Shown: positions 19,060-27,932 of the stretch, one piece after another
Position numbering within the stretch: position 1 is the stretch's first letter
How the letters are laid out: each line of letters begins with the position of its first letter
Origin: Elusimicrobiota bacterium
GTDB lineage: Bacteria > Elusimicrobiota > Elusimicrobia > UBA1565
Assembly: GCA_043827405.1 (NCBI GenBank)
Contig: JBDRPD010000050.1
Location: 128,001 to 192,000, forward strand
Length of the DNA: 64,000 nt
Reading direction: 5' to 3'
Notes under the pieces: generated by a model
What the model saw: only the letters and a program-made list of their open reading frames with translations
The model's database searches: none
Told to the model about the DNA's origin: nothing
Position numbers and translations under genes: made by a program

Positions 19060-19971
19060 ATGAAAAGAATTGCGTTATGCCTGGCTCTCTTACTTCCTGC
19101 CTCCGGGTGCCGAGAGAAGATCGATCCCGCAACGATCGACGGCCAACTCCGCTCCGCTTGGGGACGAATCAGCGATAAAAATTACGTCCGAGTTCGAGGC
19201 GTGGGGGTCCCTCCCGACAACGCCCAGGGCCAGACACGCCGCCGAGCACTGGCTAGAGAGTCGGCGCTCATAGCCGCTCGGCTTGAAATGCTCCGAGTAA
19301 TTAAAGGCGTCCATCTTAAGGGCAATATTACCGTCGGAGCCGCAATGGTCCGACATTCGCAAATTCGCGAAATAGCAGACCGCTTAGTCCGAGGCGCGGA
19401 AGAAATTCAGACCGAGTGGATTGATTTCGACGACTCCTGCGTCGTCACACTCGAACTCCGCCGCGACCGCGTGAAGAAGCTGATCGAAGAAGATAAGCCC
19501 TACGAACCGATACCGCTTCGTGAACGCCAGGAGAGGCTCCTGCGTTTTCCAGGGATGTCTGCCGTCACCGATCGCCCACAAGCCCCGCTCGGGATGAAGC
19601 GGGTCCGGCACGGCAAGAGTCCGGACACGGCCTTGGCGCTTGGGCTAATCTTCCCGGGCCTCGGACAAGTCTATGGAGGCGATACGGGATCAGAGAGTGG
19701 ACGGGGATTGTATTCGATGCTGGCCGTGATCACGTTGGTCGGGGTCGGCGCCGAGATCGGCCACGATCGCAAAACTGGGGAGGTCGGCTCGAATGGGCAC
19801 GAGGTTGTCAAAAAAGGCAACCAATCAGCAGGCTACGCACTATACGGGTTGGCCGGAGCGGTTCACTTGTGGGCCGCCGCCGATGGGCGGAAAATGGCCG
19901 ACGCCAATGGAAGCTGGACCCTGGTTCCAGACCGTGGAGGCGCGAGACTCAGCTTCTCGAAAAAATTTTGA
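19060..19971 (+). CDS. Lipoprotein, LPP20-like N-domain plus membrane C-domain
   Basis: Lipobox-like LPASGC; VRVRGVG..ALARESA; LIFPGLGQVY and hydrophobic segments. Confidence 0.7.
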   Translation: MKRIALCLALLLPASGCREKIDPATIDGQLRSAWGRISDKNYVRVRGVGVPPDNAQGQTRRRALARESALIAARLEMLRVIKGVHLKGNITVGAAMVRHSQIREIADRLVRGAEEIQTEWIDFDDSCVVTLELRRDRVKKLIEEDKPYEPIPLRERQERLLRFPGMSAVTDRPQAPLGMKRVRHGKSPDTALALGLIFPGLGQVYGGDTGSESGRGLYSMLAVITLVGVGAEIGHDRKTGEVGSNGHEVVKKGNQSAGYALYGLAGAVHLWAAADGRKMADANGSWTLVPDRGGARLSFSKKF

Positions 19972-20041
19972 TCATGCACGGTGCCACCCACTATAACACG
20001 ATCAACCTGAAGGACGCTCGGTTAGGCGCGAGGCTAATCAG

Positions 20042-21259
20042 ATGACTCGATATTGGGTGCGAATCTCAAAACAGTCTCGCGGCCCCTTCACTCCTGAGGA
20101 GTTCAGAAACCTCGATGGCATATCCGAAGACTCAATGGTCTTCCGCGACGGCGCGACAGACAAATCTGCCTGGAAACGCCTACGAGAGGTCCCCGAGCTA
20201 CTGCGAATAATAAAGAAGACCGCGCCCGCTCCGCGCCCACTACCTTCTCCGCAGTCCATCAAGAAGCCTCCGGCGCAAACCACCCCCCGACAAGAGGATT
20301 CGCCGCCACAACAATCGAGGTCGAAGTTGCCCCTTGTTGGCGGCATTCTCCTCGTCGCCCTGATCGCTGGCGGGGGCGGGGGCGGCTACTGGTGGATTCA
20401 GCGACAGAAGCCTGAGGGCGTTGCTAAGCGGTATCTTGCGGCTCTGAAGTCGCGTGAATATAAAAAAGCCTACGAGCTTTTGAGCGACGTGACCAAAGCG
20501 CACACGGAATCATCGGCATTCGAGAGCTACCAGCGCCGATCGGGCGCAAAGGAATGGAGCTTCGAGTCCGTGGCTCTGAAGCGCAGATTGGATGATCACG
20601 TTGTCATGGTGGGCTATGTTATGGCCGTCGCCGAGAAAAAATCAGAAGTCCAACTGTTACTTGTCGAGGATCGTGGCGCATGGAGGGTCGCTCATTCCGC
20701 GACTCTATTTGATCACATGGATGAAGCGGAAGCGAAAAAGGATTATGCCGAGGTCATCAAGACCATACAAAATCTCTATGAAATATCTCCGGGGGGGAAC
20801 GGATTTCTCGATGTCCAACTTGCGATCGCCTACGTCAATAAGGCTGTAAATATGCAACCCGGACCAGGAAAGGACTTGGCCCTTCGTGAAGCGGTCGTAG
20901 TCGCCAGGAAAGCGGCCAGCGGTTCTCCGAACAACTATAGCGCCCTGAGCATACTGGCCCTGGCCCAAAGGAACGCGGAATTGCTGGATGACGCACAGTC
21001 TATATACTCAAAGGCTCTGGGTCTCGCCGAAACGCCCCGAGAGAAGGCGAAGTCTCTGCTTGGTCGGGCCATATGTAGGGCAGGGTTAATGCAGGGCATG
21101 ACGAATCCAAATAAGATGATGACGGAACTTAAGGCTATTATCGATGACCTAAAAAAGGCGAGACAGTTGGACCCTGGCAATGTCGAGGTCCAGCAAGTTT
21201 TGACGAGGTTAAGGCACGATCCCATGGTGAGACTTCTTGAGAAAAAAGGGCGTCCTTGA
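20042..21259 (+). CDS. GYF_2/DUF4339 domain, TM, TPR membrane protein
   Basis: GPFT..SMVFRDG..W at N-terminus, Pro-rich linker, TM helix, TPR-like helices. Confidence 0.75.
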   Translation: MTRYWVRISKQSRGPFTPEEFRNLDGISEDSMVFRDGATDKSAWKRLREVPELLRIIKKTAPAPRPLPSPQSIKKPPAQTTPRQEDSPPQQSRSKLPLVGGILLVALIAGGGGGGYWWIQRQKPEGVAKRYLAALKSREYKKAYELLSDVTKAHTESSAFESYQRRSGAKEWSFESVALKRRLDDHVVMVGYVMAVAEKKSEVQLLLVEDRGAWRVAHSATLFDHMDEAEAKKDYAEVIKTIQNLYEISPGGNGFLDVQLAIAYVNKAVNMQPGPGKDLALREAVVVARKAASGSPNNYSALSILALAQRNAELLDDAQSIYSKALGLAETPREKAKSLLGRAICRAGLMQGMTNPNKMMTELKAIIDDLKKARQLDPGNVEVQQVLTRLRHDPMVRLLEKKGRP

Positions 21260-21392
21260 AAATTCGAGCTTCGCCTGTTATTCTTATGAGTACATCCCCA
21301 CATCCCCCCCGAAGTTCGGGGGTCTTGTTTCCACAACCACACCACATCTAGTTGCGACTCCTCGGGAGTACGGACATTCTTTGCCATAGGAT

Positions 21393-21929
21393 TTGACCGC
21401 CCGGGACTTCGGGACGGGCGGCGTCGAGGGTTTTGTTATCCCTGATTGGGAGGAAATTCTGATTCGCACAAGGATCGAGCCTGATAGTTCCGTCCGCGAT
21501 GGCGCGGGTCTGCCACAACTTCTGAAGCGAGTCGCCGACTTGGCCAAGCGCGAACTACTGACCTGCCAGGAGTTCACGACGACATACACAGGCTTCTCCT
21601 CCGAAAAGCGATTCGTGATCGACGGATTGCCGCCTTACGGTCCGAACCGAGCGGATGCCGTTTTTGAGGTTCACCGCATTCTTGAGCGGTTAGGGCCGGA
21701 GGTCGTTTTCGTCGTGGACATCGTGCGGTGCTCTGACCGGGTGCTGGGAACTCAGCACAGGCTGGTGGTCGCCGGGCGGGCGGCCCGGCGACGAGAATGC
21801 TCCATCTCGATGACGATTGCGAGGGGTCCCGGTGGTGGGTGGAAATTCGTTGGGGGAAAGGAAGTCCGCGATTCCGAACGAGGGCACCACGTCCACATAC
21901 CTTCCCTATTTTGGGAGGCAACCCCGTGA
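21393..21929 (+). CDS. Hypothetical protein
   Basis: 178-aa ORF, GTGA overlap with next ORF. Confidence 0.5.
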   Translation: MTARDFGTGGVEGFVIPDWEEILIRTRIEPDSSVRDGAGLPQLLKRVADLAKRELLTCQEFTTTYTGFSSEKRFVIDGLPPYGPNRADAVFEVHRILERLGPEVVFVVDIVRCSDRVLGTQHRLVVAGRAARRRECSISMTIARGPGGGWKFVGGKEVRDSERGHHVHIPSLFWEATP

Positions 21930-22057
21930 AGCTCGTTAAAATGGACGCCCCGATCCAGCCCAGGAACATGGTCATCGTCTCCATGCGGGGGAAGCTCTCC
22001 CCGCGTCGGGCAGTCATCAGGGCGTGCGAGCGTGTGCTGGCCGGGAAGACTGAGTAA
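21926..22057 (+). CDS. Microprotein (43 aa), paralog of 22942-23163
   Basis: GGAGG RBS and GTG; RNMVIVSMRGKLSPRRAVIRACERVLA. Confidence 0.6.
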   Translation: MKLVKMDAPIQPRNMVIVSMRGKLSPRRAVIRACERVLAGKTE

Positions 22058-22067
22058 GGAGGATGTC

Positions 22068-22406
22068 ATGGAAGACCCTATAAGCTCACCGAATCATCGA
22101 GTCGGAGCAATGCGAAGAATTGCCTATACCTTCGCCGATACGGCGAATGAAATAGCCACGATCAATGCCGCTGGCTATAGCACTGCGGAGACGGTTAAGC
22201 GCTTAAATGAAATCCTTCTTCGGACTTGGCGCATGGAAATGGAGGACCCCAAGGCGCCAAAGATGCAGGTCTACATCAGGCGTTTCGACGACCAGACCTT
22301 CATCGATAAAATCTGGCAACCACTGGATGACACTTATGGGAAGGTCGGTCTCTATTCGATCGAGGAGTTGGAGGAAAAAACCGGACGCATGAGGAATGTT
22401 CAGTGA
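22068..22406 (+). CDS. Hypothetical protein
   Basis: AAGGAGG RBS; overlaps next ORF. Confidence 0.6.
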   Translation: MEDPISSPNHRVGAMRRIAYTFADTANEIATINAAGYSTAETVKRLNEILLRTWRMEMEDPKAPKMQVYIRRFDDQTFIDKIWQPLDDTYGKVGLYSIEELEEKTGRMRNVQ

Positions 22407-22939
22407 CGGCGTCCAGGGACGCTCTACGCACGGCGGAGGCGAGACTCCTTCGGGACGCCGTTTCCGCATCCCGGTTTATCCGGCCAGACAACCCGGATTT
22501 GGCACACAGGTTGGACTATGGTGTTATCGGCTTAGTGACGGCAATGACCTTCGGTCAAAGGCTAGGGGTTGCTTCACTTGAGGGCTGTGATGATGCGGAA
22601 CTGCGGCAGGCCCTAGCTAAGACCAAGTCCGAGATGGGTATCGACATCGCCGAGCTTGCCCATCTAATCGTGTCGTGGCCGTCAGATTCTCTGGAGCCGA
22701 TTATCTTCTCCTTTGAGCCATCAGCCAATCGGAAGATTGCAAGAAGGATTCTCTGCCTGATGAAAGACCTTGGGCGCTGTAGCCATCCAAATTGGTATCA
22801 CCGGGTCATCTTCTCGTTTTTGGAAATCTTCGTGGATAGGCCCATCCTCGTCCCAATCCAGTGGCTAGGTGATCGCATGGGACTCAATGTGGGTCCACTC
22901 CAGATGCGGATTCTTAGGTGGACTTCAAGGTTGCTGTAG
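22403..22939 (+). CDS. Hypothetical protein
   Basis: GTGA overlap, 178 aa. Confidence 0.5.
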   Translation: MTASRDALRTAEARLLRDAVSASRFIRPDNPDLAHRLDYGVIGLVTAMTFGQRLGVASLEGCDDAELRQALAKTKSEMGIDIAELAHLIVSWPSDSLEPIIFSFEPSANRKIARRILCLMKDLGRCSHPNWYHRVIFSFLEIFVDRPILVPIQWLGDRMGLNVGPLQMRILRWTSRLL

Positions 22940-22941
22940 TT

Positions 22942-23163
22942 ATGACCGATCCGATCCGACCAGCCCGAAACTGCGTCATCGTCTCGATGCGCGGGAAGCT
23001 CACTCCGCGCCGGGCGATCGTCAGGGCGTGTGAACTCGTGCTGGCCGCAGTCCAGGCGTCCGTGCCGTTCCTACGGCCAACCCCTCAGCCGAAGGCAACC
23101 GCCGGGCTCACCCGGGCCGCAATCACTAAGATCAGGGCCGAGCGTCTAAGAGTACGAGGATAA
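22942..23163 (+). CDS. Microprotein, paralog of 21926-22057
   Basis: RNCVIVSMRGKLTPRRAIVRACELVLA. Confidence 0.6.
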   Translation: MTDPIRPARNCVIVSMRGKLTPRRAIVRACELVLAAVQASVPFLRPTPQPKATAGLTRAAITKIRAERLRVRG

Positions 23164-23293
23164 TAAGTTTGAAAAATTTCTCAGAAAATTTCTCTTGGTC
23201 CCTTATGTGTTTCCGCATTCAGGGGGCCAAAGAGTTGTCGGGCACCCCCACCCCCCATGCCCCTTGTGAAATTATCAAACGCAGGAGGGATGA

Positions 23294-23938
23294 ATGAAGA
23301 AATGCCGAACCGCAATCTACGCCCGTGTCTCGTCGAAGAAAGACCAAACTCCTGAGAACCAGCTTCTCGAACTTCGACGTTACGCCGAAGCTCGCGGCTG
23401 GACCATATTCGAGGAGTTTGTCGATCACGGCGTCAGCGGCGCCAAGGATAGCCGACCCGCACTCAATCGGCTGATGGACGCGGCACGAAAGCGCAAGATC
23501 GATCGCATTCTCGTCTCCCGGTTTGACCGCTTCGGGCGTTCGGTTAAGCATCTCATTCTCTCGCTAGAGGAGTTCCGCACTCTTGGCGTCGAGTTTACAA
23601 GCCTGGCCGACAACATCGACACAGCAACTCCCATGGGTCGGATGGCTTTCACGATGATCGCGGCAGTGGCTCAATTTGAACGTGAGCTTATCCGTGAGCG
23701 TATCCATTCAGGGCTCCGTAGAGCGCGAGCCCAGGGCAAGAGGCTCGGGCGCCCCCGGAAGGCCGTGGATGACTCTATGGTTCTTGTGCTGAGGAAACGA
23801 GGCCAGTCCCTGCGCCAGATCGGTCGGTCGCTCGGAATAAGCAAAGACGCTGTCGCCAACATACTGTCTGTAATGGGTACGAGAAACGGTGCGGGGTCCT
23901 CGTCGGGGCCAATCATCGAAAAAGGCCTGTCTGCATAG
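23294..23938 (+). CDS. Small serine recombinase (resolvase/invertase)
   Basis: YARVSS, DRFGRS, ERELIRER, GRP, C-terminal HTH. Confidence 0.95.
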   Translation: MKKCRTAIYARVSSKKDQTPENQLLELRRYAEARGWTIFEEFVDHGVSGAKDSRPALNRLMDAARKRKIDRILVSRFDRFGRSVKHLILSLEEFRTLGVEFTSLADNIDTATPMGRMAFTMIAAVAQFERELIRERIHSGLRRARAQGKRLGRPRKAVDDSMVLVLRKRGQSLRQIGRSLGISKDAVANILSVMGTRNGAGSSSGPIIEKGLSA

Positions 23939-23940
23939 AA

Positions 23941-24849
23941 ATGATTCCAGACATCAATAAGGATCACAACTTCACCCCGGCAAGCGAGTCAGCCCCTGCC
24001 GCGCTCCGCAGGATCGAGGGCCTTGGGAGATGGCGACCGCCGCCGGGCCGTCAGACAGGACTAAAACAGGTGGACAAACTCACAGGCGGTCTTCCTGCCG
24101 GAGAGTTGACGCTGGTTGCAGGCCGTCCGTCTTCGGGGAAGTCCGTCCTGGCAAGCATGGTCGCGTACAAAGCCCTCATTGAGGAGAAGCCGCCCTGCGT
24201 CGCGTACTTCTCTCTCTCCGAGTCCCAGGAGAACCTCATATTGCGTTTTATCGCCCTGGAATCCAAGTGTGAGCTATTTGAATTACGCCACGCTTTCTTC
24301 AAGCGGACCAACTGGGGCTCGATCGAGTCTGCGGCCAAGGTGCTGGCCGAAGCTCCGCTTTTCATCGATGACAGCCCGTGCCTCACGGTGGCCGATCTCG
24401 CGGGCCGCTCCCGTGCCCTCGCAGACGAGTTGAAGGCCCGGAGCGAGAGCCTTGGCCTGGTCGTGATCGACTCCCTCGAACTCCTGAGATGCCGGACGGG
24501 AAGAATTGGCCAGCGTCCCAGTGAAATTGCCAGGGCCGCCAGAGCCGTTAAGAAGCTCGCCCGCGACACGGGCGCCGCCGTTGTCATCATCAGTCGCATC
24601 GAACCGCCTGCCGAGATTGTTGCCCTTGCGAAAGCTCCCAGCCTGGCTGACCTCGATGCCGCCATGCCCGCAGAGCGCTTGGCGGACCTCGTGATCATAA
24701 CCCATCGCCGACCGTGCTCAGAGAACATGGACCCCGAGCAGGAGGAGGCGGCAGAAATCATCATTGCCAGGAGCGCGGGGCCAACAGCGACTGTGCCCGT
24801 CATGTTCCACCCCCAGATGCCTATCTTCAAGGATTACCCTGCCGCCTGA
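23941..24849 (+). CDS. DnaB-like helicase, C-terminal ATPase domain only
   Basis: TGLKQVDKLTGGL, AGRPSSGKS, PLFIDD, VVIDSL; no N-terminal domain. Confidence 0.85.
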   Translation: MIPDINKDHNFTPASESAPAALRRIEGLGRWRPPPGRQTGLKQVDKLTGGLPAGELTLVAGRPSSGKSVLASMVAYKALIEEKPPCVAYFSLSESQENLILRFIALESKCELFELRHAFFKRTNWGSIESAAKVLAEAPLFIDDSPCLTVADLAGRSRALADELKARSESLGLVVIDSLELLRCRTGRIGQRPSEIARAARAVKKLARDTGAAVVIISRIEPPAEIVALAKAPSLADLDAAMPAERLADLVIITHRRPCSENMDPEQEEAAEIIIARSAGPTATVPVMFHPQMPIFKDYPAA

Positions 24850-24882
24850 TACGGTCAAACGGGTATTATTTGGGAGCCCTCT

Positions 24883-25245
24883 ATGTCGAAAAACAAGAAG
24901 CGAGCCCTAATCGTTGAGGACGATCCGTCGTTGGCGCGAATATTTCCCCGGTTCCTCGGCGCTCTGGGCTGGAGTGCGACGGTGATCTCCAATGCCGATG
25001 CCGCGCTCAGGGTGTTCGAGCCCGGTCGCTATGATCTCGCGTTGATCGGCGTGGGTCTCGGCGACGGCATGGACGGCGTCGCGCTTGCCGGGTGCCTTCG
25101 TAATCGGGAGCCGTCGTTGCGGATTATGTTAACCTCGGGCGATCCATCCAGTCTCGTGCGGGCCGAGGGCGCAGGGTTCCACCTGTGTCTGCCTCAGCCA
25201 TTCACACAAGAGGAGCTTCAAGCTCTCATCGAGAGTCCTGCTTAG
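24883..25245 (+). CDS. Atypical stand-alone receiver domain
   Basis: LIVEDD, GMDG, LTSG; phospho-Asp position is G, conserved KP is QP. Confidence 0.8.
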   Translation: MSKNKKRALIVEDDPSLARIFPRFLGALGWSATVISNADAALRVFEPGRYDLALIGVGLGDGMDGVALAGCLRNREPSLRIMLTSGDPSSLVRAEGAGFHLCLPQPFTQEELQALIESPA

Positions 25246-26548
25246 GCGATTCTCGACACCCCTCGACTTTGGTATTCCCTCCGTTTCTCGATCGACCGTT
25301 GGTCCCCGGTGTGTTCGTTGGCCACTGATGCTGGCTGGACCCGTTGTGCTGGGCCATGATCTTGTCGGCACCCTTCTTAACGAGGACCGCCAGCACCTCT
25401 TGGTCCGCCGGGTCCAGGGCCTCCTTCAGTTCCCGCATCAATTGGGTGGCCGCCTCTTTCCGGAGAGCCTGTTCGTCCTTCGGCCCGGAGGGGAGCCCCG
25501 CCTCCAACTTCCTTGTCCAGGCGGTGGTCTTCACAACTGCTTTCATCGCGTCTGCATCGCCACTCCAGGTACGTTTCGGGTTAAGGGCGACGACCAGTGC
25601 ATAAACCTTCAGCGCCGCCCGCTGGAGCACATATAGATCGGATGTTGAATCGATCTCTGCCGCCCTTTGCCGAAAGACCTCCATGGCCGCCTTAATCTCC
25701 TCATTCTGAAGGGGACCATGTGCTTCCATGGGCATAGGCCCTGCCGTGCCTTGCCCGCCTTCGCCCCCATATCGCCGCTGGATGGCGTCCCTGGCGATCT
25801 CCTCAACGGTCTTTCCCGTCGCCTCGGCCTGGCGCACCATGGAAGCCGCGCCGGGCTCCAGGTTCCGGATCACGTTCCTATCTGTGAGCCCCAGCGATTC
25901 CCTCCAGCGTCGAATCTGCCGCGTTGTCACCCCGTACAGAGCGGCGATGTCCCCCACGGTTAGGTCCAGGTTACTCCACAGGGCACGGAACTCCGCGATC
26001 TCCTGATCAGTATGGGGATTCTTGGCATGGCCGGGGCGGAACTTGGGGTTGGGGCGACGTGGCAATTCCTCATTGTCGTTCTGCGACAATGAGGTTTGTG
26101 GGGGTCGGGCGGGGATGGATGCACTACCCGAGCCGAAGCGTGGTCCGTCCGCCGGGCCCGCAGGAGGAAAAGCGGCACGATTTGTGGCGCGACACACTTC
26201 TGGGGTGTCCCTGCCTCGGGCTACGGGGCCTTCCAGACCGTCCGCCCCCCCGGCCCCGTCCGCCAGGTTCGTCAGCCCACCGGACGGGCATTCTGACGTT
26301 CCAGACAGGCCATTCTGGGAAGCTGACGGAACTGAGAATTGCGGCCCGAACCCATGCGCCCGCCCATCCGCGCCGCCAGCATCGGACACTCCCGGGGGCT
26401 GACTTTCCGGTCTGTCCGGCCCCCCCCTGCCAGGACCGACTACTCCCGCCTTATCTGGAATGCCGAGACCAGGAAATGTTCCGTTGGTGCCGCCAGGTCG
26501 TCCCAGCACGAGAGCACTCGGGTTGAGAAGTATTTTCGATTCGTCCAT
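25226..26548 (-). CDS. HTH protein with low-complexity N-terminus
   Basis: LTVGDIAALYGVTTRQIRRW; start uncertain. Confidence 0.6.
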   Translation of the reverse strand: MDESKILLNPSALVLGRPGGTNGTFPGLGIPDKAGVVGPGRGGPDRPESQPPGVSDAGGADGRAHGFGPQFSVPSASQNGLSGTSECPSGGLTNLADGAGGADGLEGPVARGRDTPEVCRATNRAAFPPAGPADGPRFGSGSASIPARPPQTSLSQNDNEELPRRPNPKFRPGHAKNPHTDQEIAEFRALWSNLDLTVGDIAALYGVTTRQIRRWRESLGLTDRNVIRNLEPGAASMVRQAEATGKTVEEIARDAIQRRYGGEGGQGTAGPMPMEAHGPLQNEEIKAAMEVFRQRAAEIDSTSDLYVLQRAALKVYALVVALNPKRTWSGDADAMKAVVKTTAWTRKLEAGLPSGPKDEQALRKEAATQLMRELKEALDPADQEVLAVLVKKGADKIMAQHNGSSQHQWPTNTPGTNGRSRNGGNTKVEGCRESPKQDSR

Positions 26549-26683
26549 AAAAAAAGCCCCCTTCGGGGTCGCCCCCCGTTAGTTGGCTTGTGCATTAGCG
26601 CCAGCCGAATGTTTGTCCGTCGCTCCCGGGTGATCCGGGCTAAGACTATTATACCCCGAGAGCAGGCCGATCCGCCAGGCTCG

Positions 26684-27214
26684 TCATCTCCTGGAAGTTC
26701 GCCTTCCTCGTCTCATCACCTTTTGACGCGCCAGCTTCTTCTTGGCCGCCGGGGCCCGGTGACATCCGTTCGACCTGTTCAGGACCTCCAACCTCTCCCT
26801 TGCCTCGCGCTTTCCCAGCCTGCGGATCGCAACGAGCGCGGCCTTCGCGGTCTCCCGTGGCTTAGTCTTGCCGCCCTCCCAAGCTAGGACCGCCTGACCG
26901 CTTACCTGAATAAGCTTCCCGAAGTTCTCGCGGGAGAGGCTGAGCCGCTTTCGCTGGGATCGAATCAGACGCGGGCTGATTCTCGCGTGCTTCATCTCGG
27001 TCTCGGATGCCTTGGGCGCCGTCCGGAGCTTTTCATTTAGATCAGCCATGAGGCGGGCGTTGTCGTGCTTGAGCAAGACGATTTGACGCCGATGCTGGAC
27101 AGCCTCACGCTTCAAGCGGGCCACGTCCTTGCGGATTGCGGTGATCTCGGGGCGCGTTGATCGGCGGGCGAGGCGGGTGATCTCGGCCTTGAGGATCGTG
27201 TTCAGGTTGGGCAT
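26684..27214 (-). CDS. Coiled-coil plus XRE HTH protein (copy 1)
   Basis: MPNLNTILKAEITRLARR..LSRENFGKLIQVSGQAVLAWEGG. Confidence 0.85.
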   Translation of the reverse strand: MPNLNTILKAEITRLARRSTRPEITAIRKDVARLKREAVQHRRQIVLLKHDNARLMADLNEKLRTAPKASETEMKHARISPRLIRSQRKRLSLSRENFGKLIQVSGQAVLAWEGGKTKPRETAKAALVAIRRLGKREARERLEVLNRSNGCHRAPAAKKKLARQKVMRRGRRTSRR

Positions 27215-27514
27215 GGCTTCCTCCAGAGGGATGTGCGTGAGAAGATTCTATGATTTACGTCGGGTTCATGTTGTTGATTGAGAGTCGATCCGAGAGCGCA
27301 TCCACGCGGGGCTCCAGCGGGCGCGGGCGCAGGGAAATCCGCTTTTGAAGGTGTCGCAGAAAGAACTGATTTTGAGACAGGGCGGGGGGCGAAACTCCAC
27401 GCTTCGGGTATGTGTGCAGTCACGTCCGCTGGCCTCCCAAGTGGCGTAGGTGCTGAATTTTGCCGACAAGGATCGACGGCGGTGGGGACCCTGTGCCAAA
27501 CCACCTCGGGTGGC

Positions 27515-27569
27515 TTGACGACCTCGCCTGAGCGGTGTATACTATATTTGTGTTAACCCCTGCCGTTAA
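27515..27569 (+). promoter_or_regulatory. higBA promoter with operator-like inverted repeat
   Basis: TTGACG-17 bp-TATACT; TTAAC-N7-GTTAA at 27553-27569. Confidence 0.65.
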
Positions 27570-27593
27570 TTCTTTTAGCGGCCCCCCGCAACA

Positions 27594-27929
27594 ATGCAAA
27601 TTAGCTTCGATCGCAAAAAGGATGAGAAGGTCTGCAATTCCGAGAAGGCTATCCGCAAGAAATTCGGAAAGCGACAGGGAGACCTTCTGAAGCGGCGACT
27701 AACGGACTTGTCGGCCGCGACTGTGCTTGAGGATATGCGGAATCTCCCTGGTCGAACCAAGGAGCTTACCGCGAATCGGAAGGGAGAGCTATCTGTTGAT
27801 CTGGTGCACCCAGACAGGTTGATCTTTGAGCCTGCGAATAGCCCGATCCCTCGCCGTGATGATGGAGGTCTTGATTGGACCCGTGTCACGGCAATTCGGA
27901 TTCTTGAACTGGATATAGACTATCACTAA
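27594..27929 (+). CDS. higB: HigB/RelE-like toxin
   Basis: ELTANRKGELSVDL..RLIFEP..IDYH; upstream of antitoxin. Confidence 0.85.
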   Translation: MQISFDRKKDEKVCNSEKAIRKKFGKRQGDLLKRRLTDLSAATVLEDMRNLPGRTKELTANRKGELSVDLVHPDRLIFEPANSPIPRRDDGGLDWTRVTAIRILELDIDYH

Positions 27930-27932
27930 CCC

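Noticed and set aside
21338..21354. NrdR-box-like acaccacatctagt
   Set aside because: Single copy with no ribonucleotide reductase gene nearby
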